Part shown: in pieces, positions 39,901 to 45,709 of the stretch
Position numbering within the stretch: the first letter of the stretch is position 1
How the letters are laid out: each line of letters begins with the position of its first letter
IMG/VR virus record: IMGVR_UViG_3300037010_000926
Coordinates: 1 to 61,544 of that record
Length of the DNA stretch: 61,544 bases
Source: a virus
Lineage: Duplodnaviria; Caudoviricetes
Strand: one strand, 5' to 3'
The notes under the pieces: generated by a model
Databases searched by the model: none
The model's input: the letters and a program-made list of their open reading frames with translations, nothing else
What the model was told of the DNA's origin: nothing
Program-made: the position numbers and the translations under genes

Positions 39901-40383
39901 CTGATGCTCAACAAGTCCAGCTTCACCGGCCAACCCATCATCCTGGACACCGACACGCCGGCCGAGGCGACGGCCAAGGTCGCCGACTACCTGTTCAAGT
40001 GGATGGCGCCCAACCTACCGCTGCCTGGGCCTGGCTACCTCATCCCTGGCACCGACAGTGGGCAGATGCAGACCTACTCCTGGCAGTCGATGATGAACGC
40101 GGGCAAGGGCAAGACGGACCCCTTTGGTCGGGAGCAGAGCCTGCCCCAAGCCATGGCCAGCTCAATCGGCGTCAAGGTCAAGACCTACCCCGAGGACACT
40201 GCCAGGCTGCGCCTGGTGCAGAAGCTGTCCAGTGACACCAGCGAGATCCAGCGCAACATGAGTTCGATCGCCCGCCAGTACGGCACCAACGGCATCGACA
40301 AAGAGGAGTTCGATTCCCGCATGAAGCGCCAGACTGACAAGCTGGAGAAGGCCACCAAGGAAGCGAAGGAGGCGCTGGACTGA
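30952..40383 (+). CDS. Giant polyvalent internal virion protein (3143 aa): N-terminal lytic transglycosylase, metallopeptidase-like motif, further domains
   Basis: QESG...GGMQVLPKT...AAGYFSGPG (SLT); LAHEVVGHHG; RAVHDYFAH; GTGAGKVLYQ; NHIRTRH; C-terminal LPD-like region. Confidence 0.85.
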   Translation: MDLDLSNLSTTYDPYSAPAPQPAPAAAPAATPLQAGTSNIDDLIRQEGADKYAPVIRALYGQESGSGANAKTSVDGAQGGMQVLPKTFKAMLPDGDPNNPTHQIIAGIRYAKMLGDRTNGDPARMAAGYFSGPGNINAKGGTPFIHDAVDGNGKSVSSYVADVLGRIDKGDAPAAGAAPSQPPQWSAIAADPDFNRLSDDDQEQVRQNYLNKVVLPTVPTDQIGAVTELFNKRTAPSMVAGALRVAKDLGIDAASQVVGNVGGSLVRGVGSMMADPSNTEAELAQQPDQASQQAAKELKDRRESGVANTVGEWLKSRGQNAQAFGALMREQMSDKGQREAAKSAVEGSILKGEFHVNPDASAETYAHIFPGLLGSLADIVVGGAVAGPPGAMAVGAAQMSGQAQEAADAVTDQQLRDTPMYKGLVESGASTDSALSDTRALVTQAAGRSGEVMGAAGGGLLTDIFSKAGASWLLNHIKGTASRFAARTAAGSAEGSAFMVGQGVATNESMNQAAGSQLVDPGQGSAQNLALGAAMGPLAGMRELHGGAKPAPGDAIPAKDVIDNPPEGGAPRLEAPVVRPDWEVVDGQQQLGGPPGDQGGGPGIDPNAPRLPPPDASSRTIVANEAGDARVMSAAQVAELHNQWVEREIAAAQGQSTRQTARQQRAEMGLTDDVLQAQHRRDQSQEVTDVPSKEVAPKPEAPAPRVAEAPSGGAADESGRGQVSPVVADEHTSGGKPGAPQGAAAGSGEVVSDGAGRGEQAAPVAGDAAGEHPFVGSVVSFRYRGKTIRGRVASVDDNNRANVMLGEEPIGNAPGYRAGMQVPLTRLKKIGFSAFDLSMPEGKAVGADDAGAAHTVSTFRDTFPGADKLDVQLVRSEADVPDGAVRSNNTEAWYDRATGKVTVVLDAIGGKDEATRQRRLAEVLAHEVVGHHGMESLLMAKDPSGALLRRTLADVSRVLSDEVQPSDLGSDGQVKIGNPRYVSTEAVRLMYPDATPNEVAMETLARAAEMGIKPGLVDSLVTAVRQALRPLLNKLGIKLAFSRAEILSLVQAARKHVQERANKVLSKNQAAKVSEIQGDTQVASQRAPKDDKVAINLSAATDTIPGLKQARERANAGVPGAAEHLNAIAKNAIEHLTSGIKGVKIAFHDNKGLYFGELEPSLGMELSFPPESRGQVLAAMARFADNFNQQQIHVLQPAKEIEGTTHPDGSFNTVVRRIDLAKPLERSRVQQVIDESGLGGLNFSGKHIEAYYVGDPEKSDAITEFEHGFDRAVAAVGADGASTRRAVARLWRYGEPGDASDRGVIPYADIAGDVRPRQALASETAKRVAQQLHGQEVKPADTREITPEQRKLHKRIAADYEAMPQDDLANPLVRKAYAALGKEVKRQYDALPIKVEVYKGDGEPYANSQAMRQDVADHNHLFIYGTDKDSFGPPGVKYDNHPLLKASGRKDINGVPLLNNDLLRAVHDYFAHNVSDAQFGPKGEEAAWRNHMAMTNDPLARWALTSETRGQNSWVNFSGDRTGERGAGPLIERGFAEQKVGLLPIEHAMTGDASVDAGMRELERSLPAKDKQGSLGKTVESRGAKDREEYDAFNLDRDLTDKVKDKKPGLSKDDKIALQSELQAQQSGFNDMDLARQAAKDVQQISDDKIAAMGVHAEDAFPKLKFTKSKDGDEYEKWTAPLWIQGHPDEGQIIQRMGKKSWNAAPPTLLGAGHALSLLGLETVKAGQAYIQRIAASVELFRRGYDLLSSVDSKAVTRLTKAWRQIAANRGAFEFSGRMSQAEGSTTLEVMNDVGEQLLLGTGYRLNVERAGSHHFEVTIRDLKGVTHEASLEHRGAGAHANFVVHAAGLDRGTGAGKVLYQFAQAVADEYHMKILPDPNGLTGVNTYRRTEQMFSGAARLGKSGPMQPGVGQRIYGWDSKATTAKAHEANFARLALAIKRNVGELVPEFRAGDIHYDPTKDVFTQDGKDAEPLVKEILARPDVRAASVSRSTLARAAITADALEGNMPIKAREPLKRPVLYSKGAAEREAPPTKRSIADFVKRAWNMKSHDQTGAVIADQAPHAAYLMGEKSLGARQPWVITRDVVNHIRTRHADDGVTEAMLSNLPDLLNRPRAVIYTEDGVSVLLPARDAKGAPMLAHFKRETLSNGDRQMKLVRMASVYPKENSASYLASAMKDGSRMWLPSGELSRARALLQEGPDAHQPGDQPGLSQPESSSPPVQAAQRTPKTTDASVLSDEALRKFREGEKDWAKAVENISVPNDAPARLRGVNFSKGAGEREADYSSGPLDWIMKKAGGSLVRDWVTNPVFDLASKLVDKVVPERVKMGLVSDFGLDRPYLDARLDRDIGIHKELRRATKTLDGLADLSRDESRVAYLWMQQEPNTKLEAELLAKLPEASRLRLQQMRSTIDNLGREAVAAGLLTQDSYARNKLAYLHRSYAEHEALKARAGSVSSRQAATVRADTYKGRGIRDDVAQEKLIQHVDEIKAGDKLLRVERRDSTGRVNKVEYIRPDDKVPIGFTPEHIWEARWLGGPSATKVGLWRDLTPEERQRLGEIDEVRFAFAKTVLGATRDIENQKFLGWIADTYGKDTVPEDKIASGADTYLSSKAYKLDEFVKVPDTTIAKTGGLKKYGRAAGKYVPAVVWNDMRNRMAVPESELAQWWHSLTRAWKISKTALSPAVHMNNVMSNVIMADMADLGAHHILSSLKTLVDAHRGKAEAQALLERYEDSGAELGSMAARELNLRFIEPLLAELEAKQADELGMTRLSQIINMAAHGRISEAFTALGARKEVRLAALPFKKMVQVYQAEDGVFRLAKFLREVEAGRSDKDAGTAAREAFLDYNINAPWVQTLRKTGLPFVAFSYRAIPLVVNALRGKPWKIAKYMATAAALNAMFYAMLGMSKEDADKERKRNLPPELQGSTWGVFPRAMRMPWNDKNGQPVFLDTRRWVPAADVFDLQGNHSALPIPGWLQAAGPLALFGELMLNKSSFTGQPIILDTDTPAEATAKVADYLFKWMAPNLPLPGPGYLIPGTDSGQMQTYSWQSMMNAGKGKTDPFGREQSLPQAMASSIGVKVKTYPEDTARLRLVQKLSSDTSEIQRNMSSIARQYGTNGIDKEEFDSRMKRQTDKLEKATKEAKEALD
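33017..33244 (+). CDS. Candidate nested +1-frame ORF inside the giant gene
   Basis: AGGAGGT 5 nt before the ATG; lies in a low-complexity linker of the host frame. Confidence 0.5.
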   Translation: MSPAKKLRQSLKRQLPGWLRRPVEARQMSLAEARYLLWWRTNTPQGESLALPRVLQRAAGRLYLMEQDAANKLPL

Positions 40384-40599
40384 TCGCGGAATCGCGCCAG
40401 CGCTATCGCGGAATCCATCGCGGAATGGGACCATTCCAGCCCTTTATAGACCACTTCACCGGGCCACCCCACCGGGCTACGGTGGTCTGCAGCGGGCTCG
40501 CTTTGGGGTTCGATTCCCTTCACCCGCTCCAGTCAAGCCGTTGATTCACAACGGTTTTCCCTGACTGGCCGCTGAGCTATCGCGGTCCTATCGCGGAAT
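40383..40599. other. attP region with integrase arm-type repeats
   Basis: ATCGCGGAAT at 40383, 40405, 40417, 40590 and variant ATCGCGGTCC at 40579, flanking the core; IHF-like AATCAACGGCTTG (minus strand, 40534-40546). Confidence 0.85.
40506..40531 (+). other. attP core: 3' end of a tRNA-Gly (T arm and acceptor), not a full tRNA
   Basis: GGGTTCGATTCCCTTCACCCGCTCCA next to the integrase 3' end. Confidence 0.85.
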
Positions 40600-41815
40600 C
40601 GGGCTCGACCCCGCCACCCAGCGCGGCATTCACGGCAGCCAGGTTGCGCCCTCGATCGGCCTTGGGGATCCAGCCGGCGTAGTCCTTCATCATGGTCTGG
40701 ACCGAGTGGCCATGCTGCCTGGCCACCCAGTACGGATCCGCCCCGGCTGCCAGCGCCATGGTCACCGAGGTATCGCGCAGCTCCTTGGGCGGCCGGTGGC
40801 GCACGCCCACGCGGCGCAGGCTGGCCTGCCACTCGCGGCGCTGCTCCTCCCCGGTGTTCCAGGGCCGATCGGTAAAGGGGTTGAGGAACACCAGGCCCTC
40901 GGGGCGCATCTGCGTGCGGGCGCGCTGGCGCTCCACCACTGACCAGGCCAGGTCATTCAGCTCGACGGTGCGGGCGGTGTGGGTCTTGGTGCGCTCCTTG
41001 GTCTGCTTGAGCACACTGGAGCGGCTGACCCGGGCGGTGCGTTGCCTGAAGTCCACGTCGACCCAGCGCAGCGCGATCTGTTCGCTGGGCCGCAGGCCGG
41101 CGTAAGCGGCGAAGGCGTAGTAGTCGGTCAGGGCCAACGCCTGCTCCTGGCTCATCTTGCCGCGTGGCCGGCGAAGGTCGGCCAGGATCAGCTCGATCTC
41201 CTGGGGTGTAAAAGGATCCGGGGCGCCCCCCTGGACTTTCAGGCACTTGATGCCGTCCGTGGGGTTGGGCATGGCCAGCGACTTGCAGATCAGCTCGAAC
41301 ACAGCACGCAACGGGATCAGGATGTTGTTCTGGGTCTTGCGGCTGAGCCCTTTGGTGGTGAGCCCCGTCTGGTCATCGAACTTGTCCGTCGCCAAGGCTG
41401 ATAGCCTGGTGAGCACCATCTCGTGGCTGATCTTGCGCGGCGCCAGCGAGCCCCAGGCCGAGGTCCAGTAGGCGGCCAGGTGGGTGCGGTAGATTTTGAT
41501 GGTGGAGTGCTCCAGGTCGCGCGCCGCGAGCTGGCCCCACAGCTCAGCCCATTGGCCAAAGCTGCGGGTGCTAGCGCTGTCGGTGGCCTGGTGGCGATCG
41601 GCGAAGCGGTAGTCGGGGAAATAGTCGGCCAACCTGAAGGTGCCGGCCTTAATTGCGTCCTGGATGGTCTGACGTAGGCGCTGGGCATGGCGTAGGTTGG
41701 CAGCGGTGGGCTTGAGGTCCAGGGTGGGTCGCAGATCCTGGCCCTGCCATGTGAAGCGCACGGTGATGCGGTCGCCTGCCGGTACTACCCCGCCCGTCGT
41801 TGGCCTTCTACCCAT
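40577..41815 (-). CDS. int: Phage tyrosine integrase with arm-binding N-terminal domain
   Basis: ITVRFTWQG...LADYFPD arm domain; AGLRPSE, KT, KELRDT, QHGHS, DY. Confidence 0.95.
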   Translation of the reverse strand: MGRRPTTGGVVPAGDRITVRFTWQGQDLRPTLDLKPTAANLRHAQRLRQTIQDAIKAGTFRLADYFPDYRFADRHQATDSASTRSFGQWAELWGQLAARDLEHSTIKIYRTHLAAYWTSAWGSLAPRKISHEMVLTRLSALATDKFDDQTGLTTKGLSRKTQNNILIPLRAVFELICKSLAMPNPTDGIKCLKVQGGAPDPFTPQEIELILADLRRPRGKMSQEQALALTDYYAFAAYAGLRPSEQIALRWVDVDFRQRTARVSRSSVLKQTKERTKTHTARTVELNDLAWSVVERQRARTQMRPEGLVFLNPFTDRPWNTGEEQRREWQASLRRVGVRHRPPKELRDTSVTMALAAGADPYWVARQHGHSVQTMMKDYAGWIPKADRGRNLAAVNAALGGGVEPDSAIGPR

Positions 41816-42033
41816 CGCTCGTACCCCACCAGATCCACCAGCACGTTGCCATCTGGGGCGCGAATGTACTCATACCCCTCCAGCCAGACGCCACGCTTGA
41901 TCTTGGTCTGTATCGCCTCAATGGTGTAGCCCGTGGCCGCTTGGGCGGTGGCTAGGCGCACATAGCGGGACGGGCTCACCGGCAGGTAGGCCACGCGAGC
42001 CTTGCGATCATCGGGGGTGTCCGGGTTGGGCAC
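41785..42033 (-). CDS. xis: Excisionase
   Basis: YVRL...TGYTIEAIQTKIKRGVWLEG...APDGNVLVDLVGYERWVE; overlaps the int start. Confidence 0.85.
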   Translation of the reverse strand: MPNPDTPDDRKARVAYLPVSPSRYVRLATAQAATGYTIEAIQTKIKRGVWLEGYEYIRAPDGNVLVDLVGYERWVEGQRRAG

Positions 42034-42068
42034 AGCTTACACCTCACTGGTAGACGACTCAAGGTGTC

Positions 42069-42149
42069 GCATAACCTGGTCAATCTTGGTCTGACGCCCG
42101 GGGCGGCGACGTGTTACACAACAGGGTTGTCGTAGAACTTGTGTTAGGC
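42069..42149 (+). other. attC-like site 1 (degenerate arms; left boundary)
   Basis: GCATAAC ... GTTAGGC with weak L-box pairing. Confidence 0.45.
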
Positions 42150-42150
42150 C

Positions 42151-42414
42151 CTAGAGCCCGTTTCGCAGTTCGGCCACGATAGGGTCAATCTGCTGGCGGT
42201 TGTAGTCGTTGCGGTGCCACTCCACGATCTGCACTGCCCGCGCCTTGCACCGCTCGCGCTCTGCGGCAACTGCTGCGTCGAGCGCGGAGCGCATGTCTCT
42301 TTCCCATGCCGGATAAGTTCCATGCTCGATAGCCATCCCCCACTTCTGGCTGAACTCCACTACTGGGCCTAACAGGTCGTTCGAGGCCACAGCCTTCGGT
42401 ACGTTGTCGTTCAT
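42151..42414 (-). CDS. Cassette 1 hypothetical protein
   Basis: RBS GAAAGGA and ATG lie inside attC2; AVAAERERC motif. Confidence 0.75.
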   Translation of the reverse strand: MNDNVPKAVASNDLLGPVVEFSQKWGMAIEHGTYPAWERDMRSALDAAVAAERERCKARAVQIVEWHRNDYNRQQIDPIVAELRNGL

Positions 42415-42456
42415 CGTTAGTCCTTTCGAGGCTGGGCCTCAACTCCGAAGTTGGGC
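42367..42456 (+). other. attC site 2
   Basis: GCCTAAC-AGGTC-GTTCGAGGCC...GGCCTCAAC-TCCGAA-GTTGGGC. Confidence 0.9.
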
Positions 42457-42665
42457 GTCTTGCTGCACGCCGCCGCCGGGTATTCCAGCGCATCGGTCGG
42501 GTGGTACAGGTGAGATCGCTTGCCGCCAGGAATCCACAGCCGCAAGTACTGGCCGCGTGAACCGACGATGCGCGCTTGAATGCGCGCGCCGTCACCGACA
42601 ATCGTGACGGTCATTCCGCGCTTGGCCGGAACCTTGTAGGCTCTGCGGATGTAGTCCATGCTCAT
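42417..42665 (-). CDS. Cassette 2 hypothetical protein b
   Basis: MSMDYIRRAYKVPAKRG...YHPT; C-terminus reads through attC2. Confidence 0.75.
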   Translation of the reverse strand: MSMDYIRRAYKVPAKRGMTVTIVGDGARIQARIVGSRGQYLRLWIPGGKRSHLYHPTDALEYPAAACSKTPNFGVEAQPRKD

Positions 42666-42880
42666 CACCGGCTCCCGCAGCGCCAGCATCCGGCCACCTT
42701 GCCCCAAGCGCACTCGTGGCAACCTGCCGAGCGCACGGGGCCAGCGTTGGGGCCGCTGGAAATCAGGCGCGCTCGCTGTTCAGGCGTCAGCGTGCCGGCG
42801 CTGGCGCGCTGTTCCACCGGCCGCCCAACCCCTCGCTCGAAAGGAGGCGCAACGGCCGGTGTCTCGTTTTCGGGCTTCAT
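42665..42880 (-). CDS. Cassette 2 hypothetical protein a (CxxC...CxxC)
   Basis: ATG inside the attC3 loop after GAAAGGTG. Confidence 0.6.
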   Translation of the reverse strand: MKPENETPAVAPPFERGVGRPVEQRASAGTLTPEQRARLISSGPNAGPVRSAGCHECAWGKVAGCWRCGSR

Positions 42881-42910
42881 CGCGCGCACCTTTCAGCTCG
42901 AACGTTATGC
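42823..42910 (+). other. attC site 3
   Basis: GCCCAAC-CCCTC-GCTCGAAAGG...CCTTTCAGC-TCGAAC-GTTATGC. Confidence 0.9.
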
Positions 42911-43186
42911 AGCACCAACAGCCGCATCCCACTGCCGCCGCATCTTGTCCAGCATCTCCACGTCGTCGCTGGTTAGTGCGTGGCCTGGCTTCTGCGCCAG
43001 GTTGTAGGCAAAGTTCGCCAGCAGTCCGCCGGCTGACCTCGCGACAGCGTGCCGCTTGTCGCACCCAGCTATCGCCAGCGCTTCCACGCGCTGCGCGAAC
43101 GCATGCACCGTTCGGCCGGTCGGTGCGCCTTCCGGGGCGCCTCGCGTCACATCGCGCCATTCCCTGTTCGCCGTCTTTCTGTCCAT
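42905..43186 (-). CDS. Cassette 3 hypothetical protein
   Basis: GAAAGGA RBS; TAA stop supplied by R' GTTA. Confidence 0.75.
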   Translation of the reverse strand: MDRKTANREWRDVTRGAPEGAPTGRTVHAFAQRVEALAIAGCDKRHAVARSAGGLLANFAYNLAQKPGHALTSDDVEMLDKMRRQWDAAVGAA

Positions 43187-43226
43187 CTCAGTTCCTTTCG
43201 TTGTTGCCCAGCATGGGCCGGGCGCT

Positions 43227-43292
43227 GCCTAACATCCGCTCAACCTGACCCATCCGGCAAGCCGGCCGTGCTGGTTAGCTCAATCGTTAGGC
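43227..43292 (+). other. attC site 4
   Basis: GCCTAAC-ATCC-GCTCAACC...CCGGCAAGCCGG...GGTTAGC-TCAATC-GTTAGGC. Confidence 0.92.
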
Positions 43293-43586
43293 CACGCACT
43301 CTGTCGGCGGCGTCACTTCGCGGTTTGCTCTGAGCCTGTCGATGGTGCGCTGAAGATTGACGGCTTCAGCTTCGCGCTTCTCCGCTTGAATTCGCACCGC
43401 ATCGTGTAGCCAGTCGAGCCGACGCCCCAGGCCCTCTACGATGTTGTTCGCGTTTTCACGCGCATACGATCCCGGCTCCAACAGTTGCGCCATGCTGCTC
43501 ACGGCAAACTTGAGGCGGTCAAGCTCAGAGAGCACTTCATTTGGCCCGTAGAACTCATTCCCGAGGGTTCTGTTTCGCTGCCCCAT
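43287..43586 (-). CDS. Cassette 4 hypothetical coiled-coil protein
   Basis: GAAAGGA RBS; TAA stop supplied by R'. Confidence 0.7.
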   Translation of the reverse strand: MGQRNRTLGNEFYGPNEVLSELDRLKFAVSSMAQLLEPGSYARENANNIVEGLGRRLDWLHDAVRIQAEKREAEAVNLQRTIDRLRANREVTPPTECVA

Positions 43587-43609
43587 CTGCTTCCTTTCCG
43601 GCCAACGTG

Positions 43610-43696
43610 GCCTAACTGGTAGTTGCATCGGACCCGCATCGCGGGCATTGGTTACTCGGTCGGGTCAGCGGCGGGCCGCTGAACTCCACGTTATCC
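43610..43696 (+). other. attC site 5
   Basis: GCCTAAC...GTTGCATCGGACCCGC...GCGGGCCGCTGAAC-TCCAC-GTTATCC. Confidence 0.85.
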
Positions 43697-44137
43697 AGAC
43701 ACCAATACCGGCTCGTCATCGGCTCCAGCGCTTTGCGGGGCCTTGGTGGTGTCCACGTCAAAGGCCAGCCGCATGAACCGCGCCGCCGCAGCATTGGCCG
43801 CGTCGTGCGGCGCCCCCTCGTCCATCATCGAAACCGCGACGTTGCAATGCCAAGTCCACGCATAGTGCGGGTCGTCACGCATCGCGCTCTTGATGATGTT
43901 CATGGTTTCGCCGCACGGTGAGGCTGCCCTGCCAGGTCTGCACCGTGCAGGCCACTGGAAGAAAGGATCGCAGGCCTGGTCCACGCCGCGCAGCGTGAGA
44001 AACGCTTTCACGGCATCGGCGGCTGGTGCTGCGTCGTCGGTGGCTGAAAGCGTGATGCGCTCATCGCGGGTTGTCAAAAAACCGGCAAAGTCGTAGATCG
44101 CGCCAGAAACAATATGGTCAAGGCTTTCAATGCTCAT
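43691..44137 (-). CDS. Cassette 5 hypothetical protein (two-domain appearance)
   Basis: SGAIYDFAGFLTTR and YAWTWHCNVAVSMMDEG blocks; stop in R'. Confidence 0.75.
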   Translation of the reverse strand: MSIESLDHIVSGAIYDFAGFLTTRDERITLSATDDAAPAADAVKAFLTLRGVDQACDPFFQWPARCRPGRAASPCGETMNIIKSAMRDDPHYAWTWHCNVAVSMMDEGAPHDAANAAAARFMRLAFDVDTTKAPQSAGADDEPVLVSG

Positions 44138-44174
44138 TGGATTTCCATTCGCTTGCCAGCATTTACAGGGTGCT

Positions 44175-44235
44175 GGCTAACCCTTCGTTTAAGGCCCGAC
44201 TGCCTTCGGCAGCGGCCTTAACTCAATCGTTCGGC
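44175..44235 (+). other. attC site 6
   Basis: GGCTAAC-CCTTC-GTTTAAGGCC-CGACTGCC-TTC-GGCAGCG-GCCTTAAC-TCAATC-GTTCGGC. Confidence 0.92.
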
Positions 44236-44236
44236 C

Positions 44237-44563
44237 TCACGCGGCGCGGTCCAGCCGCTCAATCTCGGCGACGATCAGCGCGCCAGCCCGCACCAGGTCT
44301 GCACGCGGGTTTTTCGGCTTGAGCCATTGCAAGGACCATCCAGACCAGCGCCAGATCAAACGCTGCAGGTCTGACCCTGCGGTGTAGGGTCCAACGGCAT
44401 ACGATGCGGCGGCAACAGCCATGTTGCCGGCCATGTGCTTGTCATCGTGCTCGGGCGTCCAGCCCTCAACCTCGATCTGCCGTCGCCGCTCGGTAGCAAT
44501 GTCGCGCAGGGCATCCGATCCCCAAGCAATCGGGGGCGGTGCTTCGTGTGTTCCTTGGTCCAT
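44237..44563 (-). CDS. Cassette 6 conserved phage-type hypothetical protein
   Basis: ERRRQIEVEGWTPEHDD...LVRAGALIVAEIERLDR; start inside the attC7 loop. Confidence 0.8.
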   Translation of the reverse strand: MDQGTHEAPPPIAWGSDALRDIATERRRQIEVEGWTPEHDDKHMAGNMAVAAASYAVGPYTAGSDLQRLIWRWSGWSLQWLKPKNPRADLVRAGALIVAEIERLDRAA

Positions 44564-44613
44564 CGTCTTTCCTTTCGTGTCGGCCACAAGCGGGCCTAAT
44601 TCAAACGTTGGGC
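44514..44613 (+). other. attC site 7 (left arm degenerate)
   Basis: Right arm GGGCCTAAT-TCAAAC-GTTGGGC intact; R'' eroded to TCCGATC. Confidence 0.6.
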
Positions 44614-44617
44614 AGCA

Positions 44618-44803
44618 TCAGTCTTCGGTGCTGTCGCAGCTTAGGCACTCAACGTCGTCGCCCATGTCGCACATGCAGCACTTCTCTGCACCGCAATGCG
44701 GGCATTCATCAAGTCCCTGTGGCTCGTTCGGTTTGTTGTGCTTTCGGTCGTGCGTAGTAGCGCCACAGCTTGGGCATTCATCATCGGTTTCGCGGTAGTT
44801 CAT
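44618..44803 (-). CDS. Cassette 7 Cys-rich zinc-finger-like protein
   Basis: CPSC, CPHC, CCMC, CLSC. Confidence 0.75.
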   Translation of the reverse strand: MNYRETDDECPSCGATTHDRKHNKPNEPQGLDECPHCGAEKCCMCDMGDDVECLSCDSTED

Positions 44804-44824
44804 GTTTTTCCTTCCGGGCGTGCT

Positions 44825-44884
44825 GCCCAATAGTTCAATCAAGCCGACCTCCCTGCGGTCGGCAACTTATCTCAGGCGTTGTGC
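44825..44884 (+). other. attC site 8
   Basis: GCCCAAT-AGTTC-AATCAAG-CCGACC...GGTCGG-CAACTTATC-TCAGGC-GTTGTGC. Confidence 0.88.
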
Positions 44885-45357
44885 CCTACTACCACGAAGC
44901 CGAGGCCGCTTTGCCTGAGTGCGTCCAGGTTCGCGCTTCCGTAGGCCACCAGTGCTATCGGGGCGCCGCTGTTGAAATCCGCCCGCCGTCCGTCCACGTA
45001 GTGGAAGTGCGGGCGCCCTTTGAGGAACAGCACGCCGTCTGCCGCTCCCCAGATCGTTTCGTAAAACATCGCCGTCTCGGTGCGCGCCGGAATCAAGGCC
45101 ACCCCGTTCCCGTGGTCGCGCATCTTCCGAAGCCACTTCACGGCCTCGCGCCCGAATGGTGGGTTGCACCACACGCGGCCAAACCACGGCAACGCCAGCC
45201 CATCGTCGTGCGCCGTGTAGTGCTGTGCCGCCGTTTCCCAAGGCCGCACCACTGGCGCGCACGGGTCAAGATCGAAGGCGCCTAGCGCCCGCAGGATCTC
45301 CGGTGGAGTCAGCCATTCGTCGTGTCCGCCATTCTTCTGGTGCGCGCTCAAACCCAT
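44872..45357 (-). CDS. Cassette 8 phage-type DNA N6-adenine methyltransferase
   Basis: DEWLTPP, FDLDPCA, DDGL, VWCNPPFG, ALIPART, LKGRPHF. Confidence 0.88.
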   Translation of the reverse strand: MGLSAHQKNGGHDEWLTPPEILRALGAFDLDPCAPVVRPWETAAQHYTAHDDGLALPWFGRVWCNPPFGREAVKWLRKMRDHGNGVALIPARTETAMFYETIWGAADGVLFLKGRPHFHYVDGRRADFNSGAPIALVAYGSANLDALRQSGLGFVVVGHNA

Positions 45358-45376
45358 CTCACTTGTCCCCCGTGTG

Positions 45377-45446
45377 GCACAACCTGTCGCGCGAAGGGAC
45401 GCGCCGCGATGAAGCTGCGTCGCGCCCCTCCACTCTGTCGGTAGGC
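45377..45446 (+). other. attC site 9 (R' mutated to GGTAGGC)
   Basis: GCACAAC...GAAGGGACGCG...CGCGCCCCTCC...GGTAGGC. Confidence 0.75.
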
Positions 45447-45450
45447 CCGC

Positions 45451-45687
45451 TCAAGTGAAGGCGCTCCACCCGTTGTCCGGGTCGTACTCGCCGCCGTCCT
45501 CGGACAAGCCGCCTTCCGACTGGAACCAGCCAAGCTCGCACATGCGCTGCTGGTCTGCTGGCGTCAGGGGCTTGTCGGTCTTGTAGGCGTAAAACTGGTC
45601 GTGCTCGGCGCCGATGTGGAAGCCGTCGCCGTCCGTGTAGTACGGGCGCAGCGTGTTCAGGCCGTCAATGAATTTGCTCAGTCTCAT
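45451..45687 (-). CDS. Cassette 9 hypothetical protein
   Basis: GAGG RBS; GAEHDQFY...LGWF. Confidence 0.8.
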   Translation of the reverse strand: MRLSKFIDGLNTLRPYYTDGDGFHIGAEHDQFYAYKTDKPLTPADQQRMCELGWFQSEGGLSEDGGEYDPDNGWSAFT

Positions 45688-45709
45688 GCTTTTCCTCTCC
45701 AGCCCGCAG

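Noticed and set aside
40506-40531. Complete tRNA gene
   Set aside because: Only the T arm and 3' acceptor strand are present; upstream sequence does not form D or anticodon arms
40577-41815. Integrase as an integron integrase (IntI)
   Set aside because: It has an arm-binding N-terminus, xis, arm repeats and a tRNA core, and no evident IntI-specific insertion; it is a lambda-type phage Int
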